A stretch of DNA of 64,000 nucleotides from Candidatus Lustribacter sp. (GCA_965277805.1 OZ255842.1:2720001-2784000); one strand, 5' to 3'. Numbered from the stretch's first letter, positions 36,966-47,636 are shown. Program-made: numbers and translations. The notes: generated by a model from the letters alone, not told the origin.

Positions 36966-38150
36966 CTATTTCTCCGGACTGACCACCATAGGATACGTCG
37001 CAAACTCGGCATTCACCAGCATGCCGTTTTCTTTTTCGACGCGCCGCAGGTAAATGTTCTGCACGATGTCGCGCGTGGCCGGATCGATCATGATCGGACC
37101 GCGCGGGCTCTCCGCCTTATACCCCTTGAGAAACGCCAGCGTTTTGTCGGGATCCCAGTTGCCGCCTTGCGCAGCAAGCGCCTTGTAGGTTGCGCCGAGG
37201 ATATCCCATATCGCACAGCCGGCAAAGCTCGCGTTCGGGTTGCCGTGCGTGATCGCCGTGGTCTCGCGCTGATACTGCGCGTTGAGCGCGGACTTGTGCG
37301 CCGACGAATAATGATACGCCGACACGATGCCGGTGGCCGGATCGCCCATCTGCGGCAAGTTGTTCTCGCTCACGAGGTCGCCCGTGGCGAGGATCTTGAT
37401 ACCGGCCTTTTGCATTCCGGCCGCTTCGTACTGCTTGAGAAATTGCGCGCTGCCGCCGCCGGCGAGCAAGAAGATAAAGCACGCATCGGGCTTCGCGTCT
37501 TTCGCCCGTTGGATGTAGGCCGAGAAGTCGGTGGCTTCGAGCGGCATCGGACTCACGCCCACTTCGGTGCCGCCGGCGCCTTCGAAGGCGCGCCTGAAGC
37601 CGACGTGCGCATCGACGCCGGACTGGTTGTCGGCATACATCGTGTAGATTTTCTTGTAGCCGTTCTTCGCCGCCCACTTGCCGAGCACGTCGGTCAATTC
37701 GAGCGTGGTGAACGACCAGCGCGTCATGTAGGGAAACTTCGGCAAGAGCCCGGTCGCCACCGAATTGACGAGCATCACCGGCGTCTTCGACTGATTCGAG
37801 ATGTCGCCGACCGTCATCGCGTTCGCGGTGAAGATCAGGCCCGCGATCATGTCGACCTTCTCCTGAACCACGAGTTCTTGGGCCGCACGCCGCGCCGTTT
37901 CGGGCGCGACGCCGGTATCGTCGCGCCGAACGATGACGACTTTGCGGCCCGCCACCGTATCGCCATGGACTTTTTGGAACGCCGCCATCGCGCCATCGAG
38001 CTCGGGACCGGAGGCCGGTCCGCCGCCGGTATACGACCAAACGATGCCGACCTTGAACGGATCGGCCGGGGCGGCCAACGCCGCGGCGGGCGCAAAACCC
38101 GCGGAAACGAGCGCGGCAGAGGACGATTGGAGCATTCCAAGTCTCTTCAT
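36966..38150 (-). CDS. ABC transporter substrate-binding protein, LivJ/Peripla_BP_6 family (aromatic-acid-binding type)
   Basis: HGDTVAGRKV..RDDTG.APE.ARR.AQELVV.EKVD, ESPRGPIMIDPATRDIVQNIYLRRVE. Confidence 0.88.
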   Translation of the reverse strand: MKRLGMLQSSSAALVSAGFAPAAALAAPADPFKVGIVWSYTGGGPASGPELDGAMAAFQKVHGDTVAGRKVVIVRRDDTGVAPETARRAAQELVVQEKVDMIAGLIFTANAMTVGDISNQSKTPVMLVNSVATGLLPKFPYMTRWSFTTLELTDVLGKWAAKNGYKKIYTMYADNQSGVDAHVGFRRAFEGAGGTEVGVSPMPLEATDFSAYIQRAKDAKPDACFIFLLAGGGSAQFLKQYEAAGMQKAGIKILATGDLVSENNLPQMGDPATGIVSAYHYSSAHKSALNAQYQRETTAITHGNPNASFAGCAIWDILGATYKALAAQGGNWDPDKTLAFLKGYKAESPRGPIMIDPATRDIVQNIYLRRVEKENGMLVNAEFATYPMVVSPEK

Positions 38151-38214
38151 AAGGCGCCCCGTACGATGAGCAACGCCCGTCCACCTCGAAACCCAAATGC
38201 GTTCGGAGGTGACT

Positions 38215-39639
38215 ATGTCCGGGTTTGCCGACTTCCCCGGTTCTGAGGTGCGCGCGCGGCTCGATCATCCCGTGATCGACTGCGATGCGCACGTCGTCGA
38301 GGCGCGTTTCGCGATCGAGGACTTTCTCAAAGACGTGGCCGGCCCGAGCGTGGTCGCGCGTTACCTCAAGTGCCAAAACTTTCGCCAGTACAATCAGCCC
38401 AGCCGCGGCTTCTGGTGGGGCGTTCCGTCGGGTCCGCACACGAGCGATCGCGCGATGTCGATGCTGCCCAAACTCTTTCGCGCGCGCATGGACGACATCG
38501 GCTTCGATTTCGCGCACCTCTACACGACCGCCGGCATTCCGGGCTTGTACTATCAAGACGATGAAGTGCGTCAAGCGTTCTGTCGCGCGACCAACATGCT
38601 CTACGCCGACATGTTCCGCGAGGTCGCCGACCGCGTGCGCCCGGTCGCGCTGATCCCGACGTTCACGCCCGAAGAGGCGATCGCCGAACTCGAGTTCGCC
38701 GTCAAGGAACTCGGACACAAAGCGATCATGATCGGCACCGAACACATCCGTCCCGTTCCGGGCGCGCACGACGATGCACCCTATCTCACGAAGTCGATCG
38801 CGATCGATCCGCCGCACGACTACGATCCGTTCTGGGCCAAGTGCGTCGAGCTGAAAGTGACGCCGGTGTGTCACACCGCGGCGATCTTCAACGCCTACCG
38901 CAACTCACCGAGCAATTACGTCTTCAACCATCTGGGCGGCTTTGCAACCGGCGCCGACTACTTCTGCCGCGCGCTGTTCATGGGCGGCGTCACGCGCCGC
39001 TTCCCGACGCTGAGCTTCGGCTTCCTCGAGGGCGGAGCGGCTTGGGCGTTGACACTGCTCAACAACATCGTCGAACACTTCGAGAAGCGCAACGTCGAGC
39101 ACATGGAGACGAACCTCGATCCGGCCAAACTCGACATCGAGTTGCTGAGCCGGCTCTTCGGCGAGTACGGCAACGAATATCTCACCGCCGAGCGCATCAA
39201 GACCGCAACGTTCGAGAACTGGGAAACGAACCTCATTCGTCCGGTACCGTTCGATGAGTTCGCGCCCTGCGGGATGACCGAAGTCAACGATCTCAAGGCG
39301 CTGTTCATCGATCGCTTCTACTTCGGCTGCGAGGCCGACGATCGCATGACCGCAGTGGCGTTCAACCGCCGCCTCAATCCGGTGGGCGGCAAACTCAAGC
39401 CGGTGTTCGGGTCGGACATCGGGCATTGGGACGTCATGGACGCCACGACCATTCTCTCCGAGGCCTGGAGCCTCGTCGACGGCGGGCTCATCGACGAAAA
39501 CAATTTCCGCGAATTCGTGTACGAGAATCCGGCCATGATGCATCTCTCAATGAATCCCGGCTACTTTGCCGGTACGGTGCTCGAAGACGAAGCGAAGAAG
39601 CTGTTGGCGCGCAAGCCGCAGGCTGTGGTGACGGCGTGA
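38215..39639 (+). CDS. Amidohydrolase superfamily protein (Amidohydro_2-like)
   Basis: LDHPVIDCDAH, YDPFWAKCVEL, GVTRRFPTL.FGFLEGG, FGSDIGHWD; GGAGG RBS. Confidence 0.85.
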   Translation: MSGFADFPGSEVRARLDHPVIDCDAHVVEARFAIEDFLKDVAGPSVVARYLKCQNFRQYNQPSRGFWWGVPSGPHTSDRAMSMLPKLFRARMDDIGFDFAHLYTTAGIPGLYYQDDEVRQAFCRATNMLYADMFREVADRVRPVALIPTFTPEEAIAELEFAVKELGHKAIMIGTEHIRPVPGAHDDAPYLTKSIAIDPPHDYDPFWAKCVELKVTPVCHTAAIFNAYRNSPSNYVFNHLGGFATGADYFCRALFMGGVTRRFPTLSFGFLEGGAAWALTLLNNIVEHFEKRNVEHMETNLDPAKLDIELLSRLFGEYGNEYLTAERIKTATFENWETNLIRPVPFDEFAPCGMTEVNDLKALFIDRFYFGCEADDRMTAVAFNRRLNPVGGKLKPVFGSDIGHWDVMDATTILSEAWSLVDGGLIDENNFREFVYENPAMMHLSMNPGYFAGTVLEDEAKKLLARKPQAVVTA

Positions 39640-39962
39640 TCTATTCCGTCGCCGATGCGGCGGATCTGCCGCCGGGCACGATGATGCACGTCGAGCTCGA
39701 TGGACGAATGATTGCGCTCTATAACTACGACGGTGACTTCTACGCGACGGACGACATCTGCACGCATCGGCGCGCGCGTCTTTCCGACGGGTATCTGGAC
39801 GGGCGCACCGTGCAGTGCCCGCTCCACTTCGGCAAATTCGACATCATCACCGGAGAGCCGCAGAACCCGCCCTGCAAGGTCCCCGTGGCTACGTATCCCG
39901 TCATCCTCGACATCGAACGCCTCCTCGTCGACGTGCCCGAACCCGGCCTTTCTGAAAATTGA
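39636..39962 (+). CDS. Rieske [2Fe-2S] ferredoxin (oxygenase ferredoxin subunit type)
   Basis: YATDDICTH...QCPLH..KFDIITGE; GTGA overlap with the amidohydrolase. Confidence 0.9.
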   Translation: MIYSVADAADLPPGTMMHVELDGRMIALYNYDGDFYATDDICTHRRARLSDGYLDGRTVQCPLHFGKFDIITGEPQNPPCKVPVATYPVILDIERLLVDVPEPGLSEN

Positions 39963-40008
39963 CTTGAAACACAAAGCCAACAACTCCGGCGGCGCCGAAG
40001 CAAAGCGT

Positions 40009-40611
40009 ATGAACTCTCCGGCTCCGGCCAGCGAAACCCACGGCACCCTCTTCTGCACGCTGGTGGACCGCCGCTCGAGCGTCCCGCTGGCCGACGCGCG
40101 CGTCACCTGCGTCATCGGCGGCGGAATCGTGCAGGTCGACGTGGACTCCCGGGGCGAGTTCCGCGCCGACTTTCCGCAGGGCGTGTTCGACCTCGTCATC
40201 TCGGCTCGCGGCGAACTCTCGCTCACCTTACGCGGCATCGGCGTGCTGGCCGGCCACACGCAACATATCTTGCGCGCGTTCGTTCCGGGCGAGGAAGAAG
40301 TTCACGACGGCATTCCGGCCTCGGCCATCGGCGGCTATCTCACCGACCGGCTGGGCCATCCGCTGGTCGACGCCGCCGTGACGGCCACGCTCGTGCCCCC
40401 GCCGGGAACGCCGCTATATGGTGGACCCGGGAAGCAGACCTACGCCGGGCAGACCGACAAATTCGGCGCCTTCATCCTCCACGCCATCAAACCGGGCACC
40501 TACGACGTGGTCGTACGCACCAAACAAAACACGCTCTCGAACGAGCGCATCACGGTCCCCGAGCACCGCATCTTCCAGCGGCACGACCTCAAACTGATGG
40601 TGACCGTTTAA
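40009..40611 (+). CDS. Protein with two carboxypeptidase-regulatory-like (transthyretin-like) domains
   Basis: VDRRSSVPLADARVT..DSRGEF..GVFDL and TDRLGHPLVDAAVTA..TDKFGAF..PGTYDV. Confidence 0.6.
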   Translation: MNSPAPASETHGTLFCTLVDRRSSVPLADARVTCVIGGGIVQVDVDSRGEFRADFPQGVFDLVISARGELSLTLRGIGVLAGHTQHILRAFVPGEEEVHDGIPASAIGGYLTDRLGHPLVDAAVTATLVPPPGTPLYGGPGKQTYAGQTDKFGAFILHAIKPGTYDVVVRTKQNTLSNERITVPEHRIFQRHDLKLMVTV

Positions 40612-40619
40612 CCGGTTGC

Positions 40620-41402
40620 CTAACCGAAGCGGCCGGTGATGTAGTCTTCGGTGCGCTTCTCGCGGGGTTTGGTGAAGATCTGATTGGTCGTTCCGACCTC
40701 GACGATTTCACCCAGATGGAAGAACGCGGTGATGTCGGAGATGCGCGCGGCTTGCTGCATCGAGTGCGTCACGATTACCACGGTGTACTGAGATTTCAGC
40801 TCGCCGATGAGATCTTCGATCTTCGAGGTCGCGATCGGATCGAGCGCCGATGCGGGCTCGTCCATCAGGATCACTTCCGGATTCACGGCCAGCACGCGCG
40901 CGATGCACAAACGCTGCTGTTGACCGCCGGAAAGGTCGAGCGCCGAGCGGTCGAGCCGATCCTTGACTTCGTCCCACAGCGCAGCTTGGCGCAGCGAACG
41001 TTCGGCGATCTCGCGCAGCTTCGCGCCATTGGATTCGCCGTGAATCTTCGGACCGTAGACGACGTTCTCAAAAATGGTTTTGGGAAACGGGTTCGGACGC
41101 TGGAAGACCATACCGATGCGGTGGCGGATCATCACCGGATCGGAATCCGGAGCATAGATGTTCAGTCCGTCGAGCAAGATGTTGCCCGTAACGCGCGCGC
41201 CGGGCGTGAGATCGTGCATGCGGTTGAGCGCGCGCAGGAACGTCGATTTGCCGCAGCCCGAGGGACCGATCAGCGCCGTGACCGAGTTCTCGTGCATCTT
41301 GAGGCTGGCGTTCTTGATGGCGTGAAACGACCCGTAGTAGATGTCGACTTCGTTTGCGACGAGCTTCTCGGCGGTCGCAATCGGCGACTGAGAGTCGATC
41401 AC
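40620..41402 (-). CDS. pstB: Phosphate ABC transporter ATP-binding protein
   Basis: [45 protein letters not shown]. Confidence 0.97.
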   Translation of the reverse strand: MIDSQSPIATAEKLVANEVDIYYGSFHAIKNASLKMHENSVTALIGPSGCGKSTFLRALNRMHDLTPGARVTGNILLDGLNIYAPDSDPVMIRHRIGMVFQRPNPFPKTIFENVVYGPKIHGESNGAKLREIAERSLRQAALWDEVKDRLDRSALDLSGGQQQRLCIARVLAVNPEVILMDEPASALDPIATSKIEDLIGELKSQYTVVIVTHSMQQAARISDITAFFHLGEIVEVGTTNQIFTKPREKRTEDYITGRFG

Positions 41403-42322
41403 GTTGGTCTCCCGGTAAGGCGTTTGCTCAAGGCCCGGCCGCCGACGCGCGCGACGACATTGAAGATCAGCACCATGATCAAGAGTACCAGCGCCGAGCC
41501 GTTACCGATACGGTCAACGTCGGGGACGATCGATTCGGTATGCGTATACCATAAGTGCACGGCCAGGGTCTCGGCCGTGTGAAACGGGTTGAGATCGTAG
41601 GGCGCGTTGCTCGAAACGCTGAGGCCGGCCGTAAAGATCAGCGCGGCCGTCTCACCGAAGATGCGGCCCGCGATCAGCACGATACCCGTCGTCATACGGC
41701 CGATCGCGCTCGGCAAGACCACTCTCAGGATCGTCTGCCAGCGCGTGGCCCCGATGCCCATCGACGCCTCACGGTAGCTATCGGGGATGCTTGCCAGCGC
41801 TTCTTGCGTGACCCGCATGAGGGCCGGCAAATTGAGCAGCGTCAGCGTGAGCGCGCCGCCGAGCGCCGTGAACTTCCACTTGAACAGATAGACGAACACC
41901 AGTAGCCCGAACAGTCCCATCACGAGCGAGGGGACCGTGGCCAGTGATTCCGCGCTGAACACGACGAGTTCGCGGAAGCGCCCCGGCTTCGCATACTCGT
42001 GCAGATACACGCCCGCAGCCACGGCAATCGGCACCGTGAAGATCAGCGTCATGATCAGGATGTAAAACGAATTGTAGATCTCGGGACCGATGCCACCGCC
42101 CGCGCTCGTTTCGGCCGGCAGTCCGAAGATGAACGACGGCGTGAGATAGCGCGCACCGAGGTAGAACATGTAGACGATGAACATGGCAAGCAGCAAGATG
42201 ATGCTCGATGCCATCACCCACAACACGACCGTCGCCAGCCAATCGGCGAACTTCCGGGCCCGGACGCCCGGGCTCGTAGCGGAGAGAGTAATCGTGCGCG
42301 GTGTGGTTGCCATGATGTCCAT
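41399..42322 (-). CDS. pstA: Phosphate ABC transporter permease
   Basis: [40 protein letters not shown] overlap with pstC. Confidence 0.94.
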   Translation of the reverse strand: MDIMATTPRTITLSATSPGVRARKFADWLATVVLWVMASSIILLLAMFIVYMFYLGARYLTPSFIFGLPAETSAGGGIGPEIYNSFYILIMTLIFTVPIAVAAGVYLHEYAKPGRFRELVVFSAESLATVPSLVMGLFGLLVFVYLFKWKFTALGGALTLTLLNLPALMRVTQEALASIPDSYREASMGIGATRWQTILRVVLPSAIGRMTTGIVLIAGRIFGETAALIFTAGLSVSSNAPYDLNPFHTAETLAVHLWYTHTESIVPDVDRIGNGSALVLLIMVLIFNVVARVGGRALSKRLTGRPT

Positions 42323-43206
42323 TAGGATCGCTTCCGTAGCGCGAAACGCACGAGAAGGATCAGTATCATTGCGATGATGAGCAGTAAGAAGGCCATCGAG
42401 AACAGGGCATGCTCTTGAAGAGAGCCTTCGGTCGCCGAGGGCATTTCGCCGACGATAACCGTGGTTAAAGTCGCCGTCGGACCGAAGATACCCGCCGGAA
42501 ACGCGGTCGCGTTGCCGATCACCAGCTGAATCGCCAGGGTCTCCCCGACTGCGCGCGCGATCCCGAGGATGAGGGCCACGGCCAAACCGCTCGACGCGCT
42601 CGGCAGCAGGACGCGCATGATCGTCTGAAAGCGGGTCGCGCCGAGCGCCAGCGAGCCTTCCTTGAGCGAGGGGGGCAGCGAGTTGAAGGCGTCTTCGCTC
42701 AGCGAGATGACGGTCGGCAGAATCATGATCGCCAGCACGATGCCGGCGCCGGCGAGGCTGAAGCCCGATGCCGATGGGGTGTGCTCGCGAATGATCGGCA
42801 CCAGGAGCGTGAGGCCGAGCCACCCGTAGACGACCGAGGGAATACCGACCATCAACTCGATCGCCGGCTTGAGCACGAGTGCCATCCGCGCCGGCGCGAT
42901 CTCCGAGAGAAAAACGCCGACCGCGATGCCGAACGGCCCGCCGACCACGATCGCAAACACCGTGACGAGCAGGGTGCCGACGATGAAGATCGCGGCACCC
43001 GGATGATTCGAATCGAGATCGTAGTTGGGCGAGAATAAAAACGACCACAACGAGAAGTGATCGACGAAGAATGTCTTCGTGCCCTCGATCGCAAGGTACA
43101 CGAGAATCACCGCCATCGCGAAGATGACGAAACCCGCGGCAAATCGCAAAACCGTGAGGGCGATTCGCTCGTTGCGATGGGCGCGTTGGGCGGTTGAGGC
43201 GATCAC
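42322..43206 (-). CDS. pstC: Phosphate ABC transporter permease
   Basis: IELMVGIPSVVYG, MILPT, LGATRFQT, RAVGETLA..VIGN. Confidence 0.95.
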   Translation of the reverse strand: MIASTAQRAHRNERIALTVLRFAAGFVIFAMAVILVYLAIEGTKTFFVDHFSLWSFLFSPNYDLDSNHPGAAIFIVGTLLVTVFAIVVGGPFGIAVGVFLSEIAPARMALVLKPAIELMVGIPSVVYGWLGLTLLVPIIREHTPSASGFSLAGAGIVLAIMILPTVISLSEDAFNSLPPSLKEGSLALGATRFQTIMRVLLPSASSGLAVALILGIARAVGETLAIQLVIGNATAFPAGIFGPTATLTTVIVGEMPSATEGSLQEHALFSMAFLLLIIAMILILLVRFALRKRS

Positions 43207-43232
43207 GTCGATCCTACGCTAGCGAAAGCACA

Positions 43233-43259
43233 GAGAGGCGACTATGACAGCCGCCTCTC
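43233..43259 (-). terminator. Stem-loop between pstS and pstC (mRNA stabiliser or partial terminator)
   Basis: GAGAGGCG-N11-CGCCTCTC inverted repeat; weak U tail on the minus strand. Confidence 0.6.
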
Positions 43260-43290
43260 CGAAGCCTTTTCAGAATAATACGGGCCGGTT

Positions 43291-44109
43291 TTAGCGATCG
43301 GTTTCCGAGGTCTTCATGTCGCCGATCTTAATGAACGAGTTCTTGTTCAGCAGATCCGAGTTCGATTTGACGAAGTCGATGAACTTCGCCGCGTCGCCCG
43401 AGGCCGCACCGTAGGTGAACATGTGCTCGTAGGACCAGAACGGATATTTACCGGTGATCACGTTAGCTTCGGTCGCGGCGACGCCGTCGATCGCGAGCTC
43501 GGTGACCGGCTGACCGTGCGTGCCGGAGAACGCCGCGTAGCTGATTGCGCCCGGCGTCTGTTTGACGACGCTGATGACCGTACCGGTCGCATCTTCCGTC
43601 AGTCCGCTTTCGACGACCTTATTCGGTGCAATGACCGTCTTTTCGAACACGACGCGCGTGCCCGAACCGCGGGTGCGGTTGATCACGACGATCTTTTGGT
43701 CAGGTCCGCCCACTTGTTTCCAGTTGGTGACGGCGCCCGAGAAAATGTCCTGAACTTGCTTCCGCGTGAGTCCTTTGACTTTGAGATCGGGGTTCGTAAT
43801 GACGGCAAAACCAATGACCGCAACGCGGTTATCGGTGAGTGCGGGTTTGTCCGGCGCAAGGATGTCGGAGTCGCCGATATCGATTGCCTTCGCGGCGATC
43901 TGATTGATTCCGGTGCCGGAACCGCCGCCCGAGACGCTGATTTTTACGTCGGGATGCGAAGTTTGATACGCGCCGGCCGCATCTTTGACGAGCGGCAGCA
44001 GCGCCGTCGAACCAGCGATGGTCAGCGAGCTGTCGGCGAACACGGGCATTGCCGTGGTCACCACCGAGAAGCCGAGGACGAGAGCCGCAAGCGCAGCGTT
44101 CCTGAACAC
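43291..44109 (-). CDS. pstS: Phosphate ABC transporter substrate-binding protein
   Basis: AGSTALLPL, GGGSGTG, DIGDSD, GSGTR, YPFWSYEHMFT; GGAGG RBS before GTG 44109. Confidence 0.94.
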   Translation of the reverse strand: MFRNAALAALVLGFSVVTTAMPVFADSSLTIAGSTALLPLVKDAAGAYQTSHPDVKISVSGGGSGTGINQIAAKAIDIGDSDILAPDKPALTDNRVAVIGFAVITNPDLKVKGLTRKQVQDIFSGAVTNWKQVGGPDQKIVVINRTRGSGTRVVFEKTVIAPNKVVESGLTEDATGTVISVVKQTPGAISYAAFSGTHGQPVTELAIDGVAATEANVITGKYPFWSYEHMFTYGAASGDAAKFIDFVKSNSDLLNKNSFIKIGDMKTSETDR

Positions 44110-44199
44110 AGATACCTCCAAGAAAAAGTCCGTTACGACGCGCTAAATCACGCTCTCATCGCGCAATCCACGCACCGGAACCCATCGTCCCAGGAGCAA

Positions 44200-44237
44200 G
44201 ATAAGGCAACATTAACGCTAGCTTAAGTGCTCTTAAT
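44200..44237 (-). promoter_or_regulatory. Pho-box-like array upstream of pstS
   Basis: ATAA/TTAA cores at 44201, 44212, 44223, 44233 (11, 11, 10 bp spacing) in a GC-rich genome. Confidence 0.65.
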
Positions 44238-45384
44238 CTTTCTCGTCGACGACTCGCGGCAAGCGGCAAACGAAGGTCGATCCACGCCCGTAAATCGAGT
44301 GCGCGGTGAGCGAGCCGCCGTGGGCTTCGACGAGATGGCGGGCGATCGAGAGGCCGAGCCCGGTTCCGGTGTGTTCGCGCGAACGGGAGCGGTCGACGAC
44401 GTAAAATCGCTCGAAGATGTGCGGCAAATCGTGATAGGGGATGCCGCGTCCCGTATCGCGCACGCGCAGCAGCGCGTTTCGCCCCTCGCTGGCGATTTCG
44501 ACCGTGACCGTTCCGCCGGTCGGCGTGTGCCGTAACGCGTTGTCGAGCAAGTTGAGCGCCACTTGCGTGAGGCGGTTGCGGTCGGCCGCGACGAACACTT
44601 CCTCCGGCGCATCGAGGTCGAGTTCGATGCCCAAGGTAGTCGAGCGCTGCGAGAACGTGTTGACCACCGACGTCGCGACGTCGGTGAGATCGAAGATCTC
44701 GCGCCGCAGGAGCAAGTTCCCCGATTCGGAGCGCGCCAGCTCCAGCAAGTCTTCGACCAGCCGGATCATGCGGTCGACTTCCCGGGCAACTTGCGGCAAG
44801 AACAGCGTGCGCGCTTCTGCATCGTCGTCGGAGAGGAGCACCGTTTCCAGCATCAGCTTGATCGCCGAGAGCGGCGTGCGCAGTTCATGCGAGACGTTGG
44901 CCACGAATTCACGGCGCACGTGTTCGATCGCAAGCAGCGCCGTACGGTCGGCAGCGACGGCCACGGCGCCGCCTTCGAACGGGTGCGCGGTAATCCCGAG
45001 GGTGCGCTCGCGCGCGAAGTCGCCGATCGTGATATCGTTCATCGACGTCTCGCCGCCGATCGCCGCGAGCACCTGACGTTCCATCGCAACCGACGGCACG
45101 ACCGCGATCAGTGCTTGTCCGACCGCTCGTTCGGCGTGAATTTCGAACAGCTCTTCGGCCGCTGCGTTGACGTACCGGACGATGCCGCCCGAGTCGATCA
45201 GAAACGCGGCGAACGGAAATGCGGCGAGCACCCGTTGGGTGCGCCCGTCTTCGTACGGATCCAGGGCCGCCGGCCGGACCGGTGCGGCGTACGGCGCGCG
45301 CGCCGACCGGAATCGCCCGACGGCGAGCGTTACGAGGCTGCCGGCGATGAGGCCGGCGGCGGCCGCAACGAGCGCGTCGAGCAT
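44233..45384 (-). CDS. phoR: PAS-domain sensor histidine kinase, PhoR-like
   Basis: One N-terminal TM, PAS, FVANVSHELRTPL, NLLDNA, DTGRGI, IFERFY, GTGLGL; pst context. Confidence 0.85.
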   Translation of the reverse strand: MLDALVAAAAGLIAGSLVTLAVGRFRSARAPYAAPVRPAALDPYEDGRTQRVLAAFPFAAFLIDSGGIVRYVNAAAEELFEIHAERAVGQALIAVVPSVAMERQVLAAIGGETSMNDITIGDFARERTLGITAHPFEGGAVAVAADRTALLAIEHVRREFVANVSHELRTPLSAIKLMLETVLLSDDDAEARTLFLPQVAREVDRMIRLVEDLLELARSESGNLLLRREIFDLTDVATSVVNTFSQRSTTLGIELDLDAPEEVFVAADRNRLTQVALNLLDNALRHTPTGGTVTVEIASEGRNALLRVRDTGRGIPYHDLPHIFERFYVVDRSRSREHTGTGLGLSIARHLVEAHGGSLTAHSIYGRGSTFVCRLPRVVDEKD

Positions 45385-45390
45385 CGGGCG

Positions 45391-46089
45391 TTATTCGCGG
45401 AACATGTATCCGCGGCTGCGCACGGTGATGATGTGCCGCGGGTTATTCGGATCGGCCTCGATCTTCTCGCGCAACCACCGGATGTGGACGCTGATCGTCT
45501 GGTGCTCGCCCTCGAAGTCGTAACCCCAAACTTTTTCCAGCAGCATCTGCCGGGTCACGATGCGGCCGCGATTTTCCATCAGCACGTGCAGCAGCCGGAA
45601 TTCCTTCGGCGCCAGCGCGACGATCTCGCCGCGTACGGTCAAACGCTGGCGCGAGCGGTCGATCGTGATCTCCCCGATCGTAATCGATTCGTCGCGCTGT
45701 TCGAGGTCGACTTCAGTGCGGCGCAGGCGCGCTTTGACCCGGGCGATGATCTCGCCGAGCGAAAACGGCTTGGTCACGTAGTCGTCGGCGCCCAGCTCGA
45801 GCGCGAGGACCTTGTCGAACTCCTGATCCTTCGCGGTCAGCATGATGATCGGCACGCTGGAGGTCTTGCGGATCTCCTTACACGCCTCGATGCCGTCGAG
45901 CAGCGGGAGCATGATGTCGAGGATGACCAGATCCGGCTGCTCGCTCGCGGCCAAGGCAACCGCGCTGCGGCCGTCGCCGGCAGCCGTGACGCTGTAGCCG
46001 CTGCGCTCGAGGTTGTAGCGCAGCGATTGTACGATCGCCGCCTCGTCGTCGACGAGCAAAATTTTCTTCCGCGGCGGCGCGACGATCAC
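45391..46089 (-). CDS. OmpR/PhoB family response regulator (PhoB/PhoP-like)
   Basis: LLVDDE, ILDIMLP, GADDYVTKPF, VHIRWLREKIE, TVRSRGY. Confidence 0.93.
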   Translation of the reverse strand: MIVAPPRKKILLVDDEAAIVQSLRYNLERSGYSVTAAGDGRSAVALAASEQPDLVILDIMLPLLDGIEACKEIRKTSSVPIIMLTAKDQEFDKVLALELGADDYVTKPFSLGEIIARVKARLRRTEVDLEQRDESITIGEITIDRSRQRLTVRGEIVALAPKEFRLLHVLMENRGRIVTRQMLLEKVWGYDFEGEHQTISVHIRWLREKIEADPNNPRHIITVRSRGYMFRE

Positions 46090-47636
46090 GGTCGTGGCTC
46101 CGGCATTGCCGATTCGAACGTCGCCCGGACGCCGAAGGTTCGCTCGAACAGATCAGCCTTGAACATCGCAGCGCCCAGTTCGCCCGACACATCGCCCTCG
46201 GCCTGCGCGACGATCACAATTCGTCCGTCTTCACGCCGAACCGTGACATCGCCCACCACGCCCAGCTCCCGCTCGTCGAGTCCGTCGGCGATGCGCAAGA
46301 TCGACGCCAGCACCTCGACACGGTGCTTGTCGACGGGCGCCAGCGCCATGAATTCGGGATGACTCGGCTTCGGCATCGCTTTGCGGTAGTAGCGCGCCAC
46401 GAGCGCGACCAGCTCGCGTTCGTCGTCACGCCAGCCCGGCAGCGGCGAATTGCGAATCAAATATGCAGAATGTTTGTGATGCGCGCTCTCCGCGACGAAG
46501 CGCCCGATCGAGTGCAAGATCGCGGCCGCGTACAGCACGTCGCGATCCGACGGCGCCAGCTGATGCAGGCCGGCCAGCCGTTCGAACAACGCCAGCGCAA
46601 GGCGTCCGACATGGCGTTGATGTCCGCCCAGATGTTCGTAGTGATGCGCGAGCGATTCGATGCCTTCGATGCGCCGCACGCGTTCGTCGCCCAGCCGGTC
46701 GGCCAGCGCCCGATCCTGCGCCACCATGTCGACGATGATCCCGTCACGCAACGCGCGCTCGCAGACCACGATCTCATCGCGTCCGAGTTGGGCGAGCGCG
46801 GCGATCAAAATGGCATTGCCCGCAACGATGATATCGGCGCGGCGCGGGTTCATGCCCGGCATGCGGCGACGCTCGCCCTCGCTCATGCCGAGCATTTCCC
46901 GCTGCAATGTTTCGAGCCGGTCGCGCGTCACGCTATAACCGTGCACCCGGCCGGGGCTGACGCCGCGCGCAGCCGCGTCGAGCGCCGCCAATCCCATGAT
47001 CGTTCCCGACGTGCCGATCGTCAGATCGAGCCGATAGCGCCGCACCCGGTCGATCAGCGGCCCCAGCGTTGCCAGGATGTGCTTGTTGAGCTCGCGCGCG
47101 CCGCGCTGCGGCGATTTGCCGCGCAGGTAGCGGTCGTAGAGCCGCAGGCTGCCGAGCTTGACGCTGTCGAGCAGATACGGCCGCTCGCCGTCGGCGACGA
47201 TGAACTCGGTCGAGCCGCCCCCGATGTCGATGATGCACGCCAACTGATCGTAAATCGGAAACCCGCTGGCAACCCCGAGATGAATCAGCCGCGCTTCTTC
47301 TTGCGCACTCAAAATTTCCAGCGCGATGCCGGCCTGCGCCTCGACCTGCACCCGGAACTCATCGCCGTTATCGGCCTCGCGCACCGCGCTCGTCGCGACC
47401 GCGCGCACGCGTTCGGCACCGCGCGCGCGAGCAGCGGCAACGAACCGTGAGATCGCATCGATTCCCTTAACCATCGCCTTGGGCGAGAGGCGCCCGCGCT
47501 CGAGCGCATCGTCGCTGCCGAGCCGCACCATCTCACGGTCTTTGTAGACGACGCGCGTCGTATCGAAGGTGGAGTCGAATTCCACCAGGATGAGATGAAT
47601 CGAGTTGGTCCCAACGTCGATAGCACCGAACAGCAC
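46086..47636 (-). CDS. ppx: Ppx/GppA exopolyphosphatase with HD-like C-terminal domain
   Basis: AIDVGTNSIH, ATSAVREADN, EEARLI, DIGGGSTE, GTSGT, LRDG, LRIADGLD. Confidence 0.93.
   Translation of the reverse strand: MLFGAIDVGTNSIHLILVEFDSTFDTTRVVYKDREMVRLGSDDALERGRLSPKAMVKGIDAISRFVAAARARGAERVRAVATSAVREADNGDEFRVQVEAQAGIALEILSAQEEARLIHLGVASGFPIYDQLACIIDIGGGSTEFIVADGERPYLLDSVKLGSLRLYDRYLRGKSPQRGARELNKHILATLGPLIDRVRRYRLDLTIGTSGTIMGLAALDAAARGVSPGRVHGYSVTRDRLETLQREMLGMSEGERRRMPGMNPRRADIIVAGNAILIAALAQLGRDEIVVCERALRDGIIVDMVAQDRALADRLGDERVRRIEGIESLAHHYEHLGGHQRHVGRLALALFERLAGLHQLAPSDRDVLYAAAILHSIGRFVAESAHHKHSAYLIRNSPLPGWRDDERELVALVARYYRKAMPKPSHPEFMALAPVDKHRVEVLASILRIADGLDERELGVVGDVTVRREDGRIVIVAQAEGDVSGELGAAMFKADLFERTFGVRATFESAMPEPRP

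Noticed and set aside
44563-46362. 599-aa plus-strand ORF
   Set aside because: Antisense to the kinase, regulator and ppx genes; no recognisable motifs.
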